Source: a virus. From it: a DNA stretch of 37,380 bases. Positions 1 to 7,266 of this stretch are shown piece after piece; position 1 is the stretch's first letter; every line of letters begins with the position of its first letter. The notes under the pieces were generated by a model. The model saw only the letters and a list, made by a program, of their open reading frames with translations. It had not been told where the DNA came from and made no database searches. A program made the translations under genes and the position numbers. Where the stretch lies: the IMG/VR virus record IMGVR_UViG_3300010970_000064; one strand, 5' to 3'.

Positions 1-55
1 CACTGATGATGCTGGTTATGCATTGGCTCGTAAGGTTGACAGCAAGTTGATCGAA
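1..55. repeat. Exact 55-nt duplicate of the window end (37326-37380), marking circular closure
   Basis: Direct base-by-base comparison of the two ends shows they are identical. Confidence 0.95.
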
Positions 56-592
56 CTAGGTCGTGCTGTTCAAGGTGGTGGCGGTACTGCTGCTTATAGC
101 GGTGCATTCTCTGGTGCTGACGGTACAACTGCTTATGTTGCTGCTGCTAACACTGGTAACGGCGCTTTGACTGATGCTGCTATCCGTCGTTCTATCCAGC
201 GTTTGGATGACCAAGACGTTCCAATGGACGGACGTTTCTTAATCGTTCCTCCTTCAACCCGTAACACATTGATGGGTATTGACCGCTTTACTGAGCAAGC
301 TTTCGTTGGCGAAGCTGGTTCTTCAAATACCATCCGTAACGGCGAAATTGGTAACGTATACGGTGTTCCAGTTTTCGTATCTAGCAATGCTGATACAACT
401 TCTGGTTCTACTGCTACTCGTATCTGCTTGCTTGGTCATCGTGACTTCGCAGTATTAGCAGAGCAAATGGCTGTTCGTTCACAAACTCAATACAAGCAAG
501 AGTGGCTCGGTACATTGTTTACCGCTGACACATTGTTTGGTGTTTCAGAGTTGCGTGACGGTGCTGCCGTAGCAATCGCTGTTCCAGCCTAA
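1..592 (+). CDS. Major capsid protein, C-terminal part. It continues the ORF that runs off the window end; the first full codon starts at nt 2.
   Basis: The frame is open from nt 2 to TAA 590-592. Nt 1-55 equal 37326-37380, so the ORF from ATG 36994 joins in frame (307 aa in total). The sequence looks like an HK97-type capsid protein, follows the scaffold gene and is followed by hairpins. Confidence 0.8.
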   Translation, partial: TDDAGYALARKVDSKLIELGRAVQGGGGTAAYSGAFSGADGTTAYVAAANTGNGALTDAAIRRSIQRLDDQDVPMDGRFLIVPPSTRNTLMGIDRFTEQAFVGEAGSSNTIRNGEIGNVYGVPVFVSSNADTTSGSTATRICLLGHRDFAVLAEQMAVRSQTQYKQEWLGTLFTADTLFGVSELRDGAAVAIAVPA

Positions 593-609
593 TACCTAGA
601 AACTAGGTT

Positions 610-640
610 CTGCCCTGCAGTAGATGTGGGGCAGTTTCTT
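610..640 (+). terminator. Candidate intrinsic terminator after the capsid gene
   Basis: CTGCCC (610-615) pairs with GGGCAG (629-634) and is followed by TTTCTT. A smaller hairpin, ACCTAG-aaa-CTAGGT, lies at 594-608. The 13-nt loop is long, so termination is probably only partial. Confidence 0.45.
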
Positions 641-684
641 TAAGGGGTCTTTGTAGACTCTTTAAATAAACTGTAGGAGACAAA

Positions 685-855
685 ATGGCGCAATTTAAGT
701 GCAAACTATCTGGAACTCAAATTACTGTTGACAACGATTGGGATATTAAGACTATGCGTCGTCATCCTGAATACGATGAAATTGTAGAAGAAGTAAAACC
801 TAAAGTTGAACCTGTAGCTGTTAAGAAAGTAGTTTCTAAATCTAAAGAGGTTTAA
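685..855 (+). CDS. Small hypothetical protein (56 aa), not in the supplied ORF track
   Basis: ATG 685 lies 4 nt after AGGAGA (675-680), and the TAA at 853-855 ends 2 nt before the tail fibre ATG. Product: MAQFKCKLSGTQITVDNDWDIKTMRRHPEYDEIVEEVKPKVEPVAVKKVVSKSKEV. Confidence 0.55.
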   Translation: MAQFKCKLSGTQITVDNDWDIKTMRRHPEYDEIVEEVKPKVEPVAVKKVVSKSKEV

Positions 856-857
856 TA

Positions 858-2609
858 ATGGGTATTTATAGAGGACCCGGTGGTGTAGGCGATGCGGTCA
901 ATGACGCTTCTTCAGAAGCGGTTATTACCGTTACTGCACGTGATGAAGCTGTTGCCGCTAGAAATGCTGCTGTAGTTGCTAAGACTGCTGCAGAGTTAGC
1001 TGAGACTAATGCAGAGCTTGCTGAAGTAGGCGCAGAAGCAGCCTTAGCCGCTGCTCAAGGTGTTGCTACTGACTTATCCGATGACATTGCTGCTGCTTTA
1101 GCGGCTCAAGCGGCTGCTCAAGCCGCTGCAACTGCTGCTGCGACTTCAGCAACTAACGCATCCAATTCTGCTACTGCAGCTTCTGGTTCTGCGTCTACAG
1201 CAACTACACAGGCAACCAATGCAAGCACCTCAGCATCTACAGCAACTACACAAGCAACTAACGCAGCCAGCTCAGCAAGTGCAGCAAGCACTTCAGCAAC
1301 AAACGCTGCAAGCAGTGCATCAAGCGCTTCCACATCTGCTACAAATGCAAGCAACTCCGCTACATCCGCTTCAGGATCAGCTTCTGGAGCAGCTACTTCA
1401 GCCTCTAATGCCAGCACTTCTGCAACTAATGCATCAGCCAGCGCAACAAGCGCTTCAGGCTCAGCAAGCACAGCAACTACACAAGCAGGCATAGCAACAA
1501 CTCAGGCGACAAACGCTTCTAGTTCTGCTTCTGCAGCATCAACATCAGCTTCTGCAGCATCTACCTCAGCAACTAACGCAGCAAGTTCTGCTACAGCGGC
1601 TTCAGGGTCTGCTTCTACTGCTTCTACTCAGGCTTCTAATGCAGCTACTTCAGCAACAAACGCTGCTAATTCGGCAACAGCGGCTGCGGCTTCTGCTACA
1701 GCGGCTGCGGCAGTTATTCCAACTCAAACAGGTAATAACGGTAAGTACTTAAAGACTGACGGAACAAGTACATCTTGGGACGCTTTAGATATTTCTACTG
1801 CTGATGTTAGCGGTACTTTACCGATTGCTAATGGTGGTACAAACAGCACAGCTACTCCTACATTAGGTGGAGCAGTATATGGCACAGGTTCTGCTTACGC
1901 TATTACAGCGGCTGGTACTGCAGGACAGATTCTTACTTCTAATGGCGGTGCTGCTCCAACATGGCAAGCTGCGCCAGTAAGCTTACCTTCACAAACAGGT
2001 AACACAGGTAAGTATTTAACTACTGATGGATCTACAGCTTCCTGGGATGCATTAGCAACAGTAGCTAATAGCGGTTCTTACAATGATTTAATAGATCAGC
2101 CGACATTAACTACTAATTTAGACAGTTTAACTGATGTTACTATTACATCTCCTACCACAGACCAAGTATTAAAATACAATGGATCAGGGTGGGTAAACGG
2201 AGCAGGAGCGACTGGCGGTGGTTTCCCATCTGGAACTTCCATGTTATTTGTTCAAACTGCAGCGCCGACAGGATGGACAAAAGTAACAACACATAATGAT
2301 AAAGCTTTAAGAGTTGTAAGTGGAACAGCTAGTACAGGCGGTTCTGTGGCTTTTACAACTGCTTTTGCAAGCGGAAGCACAGGTGCTTATACATTAGCTA
2401 CTTCACAGATTCCAGCACACTCACATTTATTAGACTTAGCTGGAGGACCAGGATCGCCTGCTGCTAATTTCTATGCAGATACATGGGGTGGTGCATCTTC
2501 AATAGTTCCTCAACTAACAAGTCAATCTACTGGAGGCGGCGGTTCACACAGTCACTCTTTAAGCCTTGCTGTTCAATATGTTGATGTCATTATTGCAACT
2601 AAAGACTAA
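858..2609 (+). CDS. Tail fibre protein with an Ala/Ser/Thr repeat shaft and a C-terminal tail-collar-like domain
   Basis: 583 aa. It has a long SATNAS/TATTQATNA repeat region and a duplicated QTGN.GKYL.TDG...SWDAL motif. The C-terminal GTSMLFVQTAAPTGWTKV ... IPAHSH ... GGGSHSHS resembles phage tail collar (MdpB-type) domains. Confidence 0.75.
   Translation: MGIYRGPGGVGDAVNDASSEAVITVTARDEAVAARNAAVVAKTAAELAETNAELAEVGAEAALAAAQGVATDLSDDIAAALAAQAAAQAAATAAATSATNASNSATAASGSASTATTQATNASTSASTATTQATNAASSASAASTSATNAASSASSASTSATNASNSATSASGSASGAATSASNASTSATNASASATSASGSASTATTQAGIATTQATNASSSASAASTSASAASTSATNAASSATAASGSASTASTQASNAATSATNAANSATAAAASATAAAAVIPTQTGNNGKYLKTDGTSTSWDALDISTADVSGTLPIANGGTNSTATPTLGGAVYGTGSAYAITAAGTAGQILTSNGGAAPTWQAAPVSLPSQTGNTGKYLTTDGSTASWDALATVANSGSYNDLIDQPTLTTNLDSLTDVTITSPTTDQVLKYNGSGWVNGAGATGGGFPSGTSMLFVQTAAPTGWTKVTTHNDKALRVVSGTASTGGSVAFTTAFASGSTGAYTLATSQIPAHSHLLDLAGGPGSPAANFYADTWGGASSIVPQLTSQSTGGGGSHSHSLSLAVQYVDVIIATKD
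1128..1713 (+). repeat. Low-complexity Ala/Ser/Thr/Asn coding repeat inside the tail fibre gene
   Basis: Reiterated GCA/GCT/TCA/ACT-rich units encode (S/T)A(S/T)xATNA-type repeats. This region also creates spurious ORFs in other frames (1118-1492 minus, 1219-1494 plus). Confidence 0.85.
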
Positions 2610-2914
2610 TGAAAATAGAATCTAAACAAAACTGTCCTTTAGATAACTTTAACCCATGTCGTCAATTAGATTGTGCTTGGTTTATGAAAGTACAAGGAAA
2701 AAATCCTAATACTGGGGAAGAAATTGAAGACTGGGCTTGTTCTATGGCTTGGCTTCCTGTTTTATTAATTGAGAACAGTCAGCAACAACGGCACACAGGC
2801 GGAGCTATTGAATCCTTTAGAAATGAAATGGTAAAAGCAAACGACATGAGTCAAAAAGTGCTATTAGCAAGTGCTGGTATTTTACCAAAAGAAACTTTAA
2901 TAATTCAGGATTAA
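2609..2914 (+). CDS. Hypothetical Cys-containing protein (101 aa)
   Basis: ATG overlaps the tail fibre stop (TAATG). Four Cys residues sit in NCPLDNFNPCRQLDCAW...WAC. I did not recognise a family. Confidence 0.55.
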   Translation: MKIESKQNCPLDNFNPCRQLDCAWFMKVQGKNPNTGEEIEDWACSMAWLPVLLIENSQQQRHTGGAIESFRNEMVKANDMSQKVLLASAGILPKETLIIQD

Positions 2915-2916
2915 AA

Positions 2917-3405
2917 ATGCAATTAACAATCATTCGTGCAGATAGTATTGTTTATAAAGACGGTATAGGATACTCTCCGTTAGATTTGTCGGGTGTTCCG
3001 GTTGATGTACACGCACTTCAATTTAACACAGATATTAATTCTGGTTGGATAGAATATAGTCTTCAGCCTGACGGAACCACCAAACCAAGTGAAGATATTA
3101 CAGATTTACCTGTTTGGGCTACTGCTTGCGAACAAAAATGGGACGATGCTGATTATACTGTTAAAAATCCACCACCACCGACACCGGAAGAGGCTCTTTT
3201 TAAATGTAAATCTCAAGCGGCGGCTTTATTGTCACGCACAGACTGGACTGTGTCAGGAGATGTTGGAGATGCAACAAAAGCAAATCCATATTTAGTTAAT
3301 CAAGCTGAATTTATTACATACCGAAATAGTTTAAGAAGTTTAGCGATTAATCCTGTCGTAGATCCTATTTTTCCTGACCTTCCGGTTGAACAATGGTCTA
3401 ATTAA
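2917..3405 (+). CDS. Hypothetical protein, possibly a tail fibre assembly or chaperone-like protein
   Basis: 162 aa, close behind the fibre gene with one short ORF (2609-2914) between. The C-terminal LLSRTDWTV..D......NQAEFITYRNSLRSL resembles the conserved end of tail fibre assembly proteins. Confidence 0.35.
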   Translation: MQLTIIRADSIVYKDGIGYSPLDLSGVPVDVHALQFNTDINSGWIEYSLQPDGTTKPSEDITDLPVWATACEQKWDDADYTVKNPPPPTPEEALFKCKSQAAALLSRTDWTVSGDVGDATKANPYLVNQAEFITYRNSLRSLAINPVVDPIFPDLPVEQWSN

Positions 3406-4577
3406 TGCCAAAAAAGATTTCTATTATTGGTAGTGGTACAGCAGGTGCAATCGGAGCAGCACACTTTTCACGATGGACCGATTGTGAAATAGACTGGTAT
3501 TACGATTCTAAGATTAAAACAATGCCAGTTGGTGAAGGTTCTTTAACAAACCTTCCACAGATGTTATTTGAAGCTGTAGATTTTAGTTATGATGATTTAA
3601 ACGCAATTGACGGCACACCGAAACTAGGTATTCATAAATCTGGTTGGGCTAATGATGTTGATTTTAAAGAACACTTTCGTCCAGGAACAACTGCTTATCA
3701 TTTTAACGCTGTAAAGCTACAAGAGTTTTTATTTAAAAAGCTAGATGGTAGAGTTAATTTAATTGATCAAAATGTAGGCAGTCACGATGAGCTTGATTCA
3801 GATTTTATCTTTGATTGTAAAGGTTTTCCCAAAGAGTTTAGTGAACACCATAAATCAGAATTTATATCCGTTAATGCTGTGTATGTCACTCAGTGTCTGT
3901 GGGATGTTCCAAAGTTTAATTACACCTTAACAATTGCAGTACCACATGGTTGGGTTTTTGGTATTCCATTAAACAACCGCTGCGCTATTGGGTATTTATA
4001 TAACGACCAAATCTCTACTTTAGATGAGATTAAAGAAGACGTAAAGAATGTCTTTGACCGCTTTGGTTTAAACCCAAGTGAGAAGACTTTAGAATTAAAG
4101 TTTAATAATTATTATCGAAAACAGAACTTTGTCGGAAGAGCAGCGTATTCAGGAAATACATCGTTTTTCTTAGAGCCTTTAGAAGCTACGTCTATTGGGT
4201 TTATGGATCAGATTCAACGCATGGCTATGGGTCATTGGTTTGAAGGTATTTCAGCGGATGTTGTAAATGATTTTTATATACAAGCGATACAAGAAATAGA
4301 AAACATCATTATGCTGCATTACTTTGCTGGATCAAAGTATAATACTCCTTTTTGGGAATACGCTCAAGACCGTGGACAAAAGTGCATGGAACGGGCTGTG
4401 AAAAACCCAAGATTTATAGAGTTTTATAAGAACTCTAAGAACTATAATTTTAAGAATTGTTTAAGTACACCTCTTGATAAAATGATGTACGGATCGTGGG
4501 ATCAACGAATCATGAACATGAATATTACACAACTAGATCTAGTTACAAAACTTGATAATTTAATCGGAGCAAATTAA
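3405..4577 (+). CDS. Flavin-dependent halogenase (tryptophan halogenase family) homologue, compact 390-aa form
   Basis: Motifs seen: IIGSGTAGAIGA (GxGxxG), VGEGSLTNLP (compare GVGEATIP), PKLGIHKSGW (Lys strand), HGWVFGIPL (WxWxIP-like) and FFLEPLEATSIG (catalytic Glu motif). Both ends are translationally coupled to neighbouring genes. Confidence 0.7.
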   Translation: MPKKISIIGSGTAGAIGAAHFSRWTDCEIDWYYDSKIKTMPVGEGSLTNLPQMLFEAVDFSYDDLNAIDGTPKLGIHKSGWANDVDFKEHFRPGTTAYHFNAVKLQEFLFKKLDGRVNLIDQNVGSHDELDSDFIFDCKGFPKEFSEHHKSEFISVNAVYVTQCLWDVPKFNYTLTIAVPHGWVFGIPLNNRCAIGYLYNDQISTLDEIKEDVKNVFDRFGLNPSEKTLELKFNNYYRKQNFVGRAAYSGNTSFFLEPLEATSIGFMDQIQRMAMGHWFEGISADVVNDFYIQAIQEIENIIMLHYFAGSKYNTPFWEYAQDRGQKCMERAVKNPRFIEFYKNSKNYNFKNCLSTPLDKMMYGSWDQRIMNMNITQLDLVTKLDNLIGAN

Positions 4578-4948
4578 TGGCACACTACGCTAAAGTCTTA
4601 TCAACAGACAACTCAACAAAGTTTTACGTACAGGAAGTAATTGTTGCTGACGCAGAGTTTATTTCTGCTTTACCAGGACTATATAAGCAAACTTCATATA
4701 ACACTCGTGGTAATGTTCATTACGGTTCCGACGGGCAGCCCGATGGCGGTGTAGCCTTACGTGCAAACTATGCAGGTATTGGACACATTTACGATATTGT
4801 AAATGATGTATTCTATGCTCCACAGCCTTTTCCTTCATGGACTTTAAACGAATCCACATGGACTTGGGAAGCTCCTGTGTCTTATCCTACTGACGGTAAT
4901 CAATATACTTGGGACGAAACTACTCAGTCTTGGGTTGTGTTTGCATAA
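4577..4948 (+). CDS. Conserved phage hypothetical protein with a Trp-rich C-terminus
   Basis: 123 aa, TAATG coupling to the upstream gene. Motifs: MAHYAKV..., QTSYNTRGNVH, LRANYAGIGHIYD, PFPSWTLNESTWTWEAP, YTWDETTQSW. It resembles a widespread phage protein of unknown function. Confidence 0.6.
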   Translation: MAHYAKVLSTDNSTKFYVQEVIVADAEFISALPGLYKQTSYNTRGNVHYGSDGQPDGGVALRANYAGIGHIYDIVNDVFYAPQPFPSWTLNESTWTWEAPVSYPTDGNQYTWDETTQSWVVFA

Positions 4949-4957
4949 TAATTTATT

Positions 4958-5164
4958 ATGATAGATCACATTGAACGACTAGCCGTGATAGAGTCCAAAG
5001 TTGAAACTTTAGAAGACAATCACAAAGAACTTCTCAGACTCATGCACGAGATTAAAGATGAGATGACTCGTTACAAAGGATTCTTAGGTGGTATTGCTTT
5101 CCTAACTTCTGGTGTAGTCGTCTTCTTAACCTTATTTAAAGATTGGCTTGTTAAACACCTATGA
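4958..5164 (+). CDS. Small coiled-coil protein with a C-terminal transmembrane helix
   Basis: 68 aa. The N-terminal half is charged and helical, and FLGGIAFLTSGVVVFLTLF forms a TM segment. Confidence 0.5.
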   Translation: MIDHIERLAVIESKVETLEDNHKELLRLMHEIKDEMTRYKGFLGGIAFLTSGVVVFLTLFKDWLVKHL

Positions 5165-5496
5165 AACTATTATCTATCGGTAAGAATCTCACAGCAGGTG
5201 TTGAGACAATTATTTATACAGTCCCAGAAGGCTATCAAGCTACTTGGAACTTAATGTATATACATAATGGTGGCGGTAATACTAAATCATTAACTATTGA
5301 ATGGCAAGACACAGCCGCTGGTGCTGATATTGTTATTTTACAAGATAGACCTTTTCCATCTAAAGAGTACTTCCAGTTTAATGGCTATGGCTCTGGTATT
5401 GTTTTACGTGAACGTGATAAGATCAAAATGACACCTGAAGCAGGGTCTGCGTTCAGTATGGTTTGTACAGTTATATTGGAGAAAGCACAAGCATGA
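5161..5496 (+). CDS. Hypothetical protein (111 aa)
   Basis: ATGA overlap with the upstream ORF. No family recognised. Confidence 0.5.
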   Translation: MKLLSIGKNLTAGVETIIYTVPEGYQATWNLMYIHNGGGNTKSLTIEWQDTAAGADIVILQDRPFPSKEYFQFNGYGSGIVLRERDKIKMTPEAGSAFSMVCTVILEKAQA

Positions 5497-5654
5497 ACAA
5501 GAAACAAACAGCTAAAGTTGGTAAAGTCATGGGCGAGTATAAAGACAAGACTTTACACAGCGGTAAAGGTGGTCCAGTAGTTAAATCTCGTAAACAAGCT
5601 ATTGCAATCGCTTTAAGCGAAGCAAAGATGCCAATGAAGAAAGCAAAGAAATGA
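5493..5654 (+). CDS. Small basic protein (53 aa), DUF6496-like
   Basis: I prefer the ATG at 5493 because it forms an ATGA overlap with the previous stop; the track start at 5463 lies inside the upstream gene. KVMGEYKDKTLHSGKGGPVVKSRKQAIAIALSEA matches my recollection of that family. Confidence 0.55.
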   Translation: MNKKQTAKVGKVMGEYKDKTLHSGKGGPVVKSRKQAIAIALSEAKMPMKKAKK

Positions 5655-5803
5655 AACAAGGACTCTATTCAAACATCGCAGCAAAGAAAAAACGTATTGC
5701 TGAAGGCTCTGGTGAGAAGATGCGTAAGGTTGGCTCTAAAGGCGCTCCTACCGCTAAGGCTTTTAAAGACTCAGCTAAGACAGCAAAGAAGAGCTATAAA
5801 TGA
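5651..5803 (+). CDS. Small basic protein (50 aa), not in the supplied ORF track
   Basis: ATGA overlaps at both ends. Product: MKQGLYSNIAAKKKRIAEGSGEKMRKVGSKGAPTAKAFKDSAKTAKKSYK. Confidence 0.5.
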   Translation: MKQGLYSNIAAKKKRIAEGSGEKMRKVGSKGAPTAKAFKDSAKTAKKSYK

Positions 5804-6069
5804 TTAAAAAAGGTACTGAAACTTTCTCAGGCTACAACAAGCCAAAGAAGACACCTAACCACCCAACTAAGTCTCATGCTGTGCTTGCGAAGGCAGGCGA
5901 CAAAGAGAAGCTTATCAGGTTTGGTCAACAAGGTGTTTCTGGAGCAGGTTCTAGTCCTTCCTCAGCAGCCGAGAAAGCTCGTCAGAAGAGCTTCAAAGCA
6001 AGACACGCTGAGAACATCGCTAAAGGTAAGATGTCGGCTGCGTACTGGGCTGACAAGGTTAAGTGGTAA
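5800..6069 (+). CDS. Basic protein (89 aa), DUF5872-like
   Basis: KPKKTPNHPTKSHAVLAK.GDKEKLIRFGQQG ... SFKARH ... AAYWADKVKW resembles a family seen in phages and large DNA viruses. Confidence 0.55.
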   Translation: MIKKGTETFSGYNKPKKTPNHPTKSHAVLAKAGDKEKLIRFGQQGVSGAGSSPSSAAEKARQKSFKARHAENIAKGKMSAAYWADKVKW

Positions 6070-6072
6070 GCT

Positions 6073-6276
6073 GTGAAGTTGTATCATAACTGGAGAGAGA
6101 TTCTCCGGAAGTCGTGGTCTTTAAAGTTCATAGTCTTAGCAGCAATCTTGACAGCCTGTGAAGCAATCCTTCCACTGTACTGGGATCAGTTTCCTAGAGA
6201 TACGTTTGCAGCCTTAACCTTTATTACCATTATTGCAGCTTCCATAGCTCGTTTAGTGGCTCAAAAAGATATATGA
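6073..6276 (+). CDS. Putative holin (pinholin-like, two TM segments) with a non-ATG start
   Basis: 67 aa with two hydrophobic helices (FIVLAAILTACEAILPLY and AALTFITIIAASIARLV). It lies immediately upstream of, and ATGA-coupled to, the SAR endolysin. The frame has no ATG, so the start must be GTG 6073 or TTG 6079. Confidence 0.6.
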   Translation: MKLYHNWREILRKSWSLKFIVLAAILTACEAILPLYWDQFPRDTFAALTFITIIAASIARLVAQKDI

Positions 6277-6734
6277 ATGAGAAGATTAGACGCAACGCAG
6301 CAATATTGTCAATCAGTGCTTTAACAGTAATTGGTATTGCCTCACATGAAGGATTCCGTGAGAAGGCTTATAGAGACGTTACAGGGGTTCCTACGGTAGG
6401 ATATGGAGAGACCAAGGGAGTTACAATGGACTCAACCACGACCCGTTTAGATGCCTTGATGAGGCTTGAGATAAGTGCAGGAGAACACGGTAAAGGAATG
6501 GTGCAATGCATTAAAGTTCCTATCTCCCAAGGCGAGTACGATGCTTATGTCAGTTTTACTTATAACGTCGGTGTAGGAGCTTTTTGTCGGTCTACGCTGG
6601 TAAAGAAGCTTAATAACAAGGACTACGACGGAGCCTGTAAAGAATTATTAAAGTGGACACAAGCAGGCGGTAAAGTATACCCTGGGCTGGTTAAACGTAG
6701 ACAACAAGAATATAACACCTGTATTGGAGACTAA
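6273..6734 (+). CDS. SAR endolysin, T4-lysozyme-like (GH24) muramidase
   Basis: The E26-x8-D35-x5-T41 catalytic triad sits in HEGFREKAYRDVTGVPTVGYGET. The N-terminal segment AAILSISALTVIGIAS is weakly hydrophobic and rich in Ala, Ser and Gly, typical of signal-arrest-release domains. Confidence 0.85.
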   Translation: MNEKIRRNAAILSISALTVIGIASHEGFREKAYRDVTGVPTVGYGETKGVTMDSTTTRLDALMRLEISAGEHGKGMVQCIKVPISQGEYDAYVSFTYNVGVGAFCRSTLVKKLNNKDYDGACKELLKWTQAGGKVYPGLVKRRQQEYNTCIGD

Positions 6735-7211
6735 ATGGGTTGGTTACTAAGTGGCTTTAATGGTTTAATTGCACTAGCAGCAGCGGTAGCTATCGCCTTT
6801 GGTGGCGGTGCTTATATGGGATCTAAATATAGGACTAACTACTATGAAGCAAAGATTGCAAAAGATAAAGAAATATATCAGCAAGCTCTGGCGGAAAGCA
6901 AGGCTAAATTTGACGATGCTACGGCTGAGTATTTTCAACAGATAAAACAGGAGCAAACAAAGAATGCATACTACACAAAACAGGTCAAGAATCTCTACAC
7001 TGTTGGCAGTCCTAACTGTAACGTCACTTATGGCTTTATCAGGCTGTACAACGACTCCGCCAGCGGTAGCTCCTCAGATCCCAAAAGCACTGACAACCTC
7101 ACTTCCGAAGTTGACCTTGCTACCGTACTCACCACCGACATTGAAAACCACGGAAAGTACCGTGAAGCAGCAGCCCAAATAGAAGCATTAAAGTCAGGAA
7201 ATAGCAAATAA
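6735..7211 (+). CDS. i-spanin (Rz-like)
   Basis: It has an N-terminal TM (LIALAAAVAIAFGGGAYMG) and a charged coiled-coil periplasmic domain. It follows the endolysin and contains the embedded o-spanin ORF. Confidence 0.75.
   Translation: MGWLLSGFNGLIALAAAVAIAFGGGAYMGSKYRTNYYEAKIAKDKEIYQQALAESKAKFDDATAEYFQQIKQEQTKNAYYTKQVKNLYTVGSPNCNVTYGFIRLYNDSASGSSSDPKSTDNLTSEVDLATVLTTDIENHGKYREAAAQIEALKSGNSK
6964..7182 (+). CDS. o-spanin (Rz1-like lipoprotein), fully embedded in the +1 frame of the i-spanin gene
   Basis: The signal peptide carries the lipobox LSGC (MHTTQNRSRISTLLAVLTVTSLMALSG|C), and the mature part is Pro-rich. The arrangement is the classic embedded Rz/Rz1 architecture. Confidence 0.75.
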   Translation: MHTTQNRSRISTLLAVLTVTSLMALSGCTTTPPAVAPQIPKALTTSLPKLTLLPYSPPTLKTTESTVKQQPK

Positions 7212-7216
7212 AATGC

Positions 7217-7245
7217 TTGACTTTTCAGCTCTTTTGTGGTAAAAT
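7217..7245 (+). promoter_or_regulatory. Sigma70-type promoter TTGACT-N17-TAAAAT with an extended -10 TG
   Basis: TTGACT at 7217-7222, exact 17-nt spacer, TGgTAAAAT with the -10 at 7240-7245. It lies in the 55-nt gap before the tail-tube genes. Confidence 0.65.
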
Positions 7246-7266
7246 ATTAGCACCTATAAGGAAACC

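Noticed and set aside
1118-1494. Track ORFs 1118-1492 (minus) and 1219-1494 (plus) overlapping the tail fibre gene.
   Set aside because: They lie entirely in the Ala/Ser/Thr repeat DNA, where all frames stay open. They have low-complexity products and no start signals.
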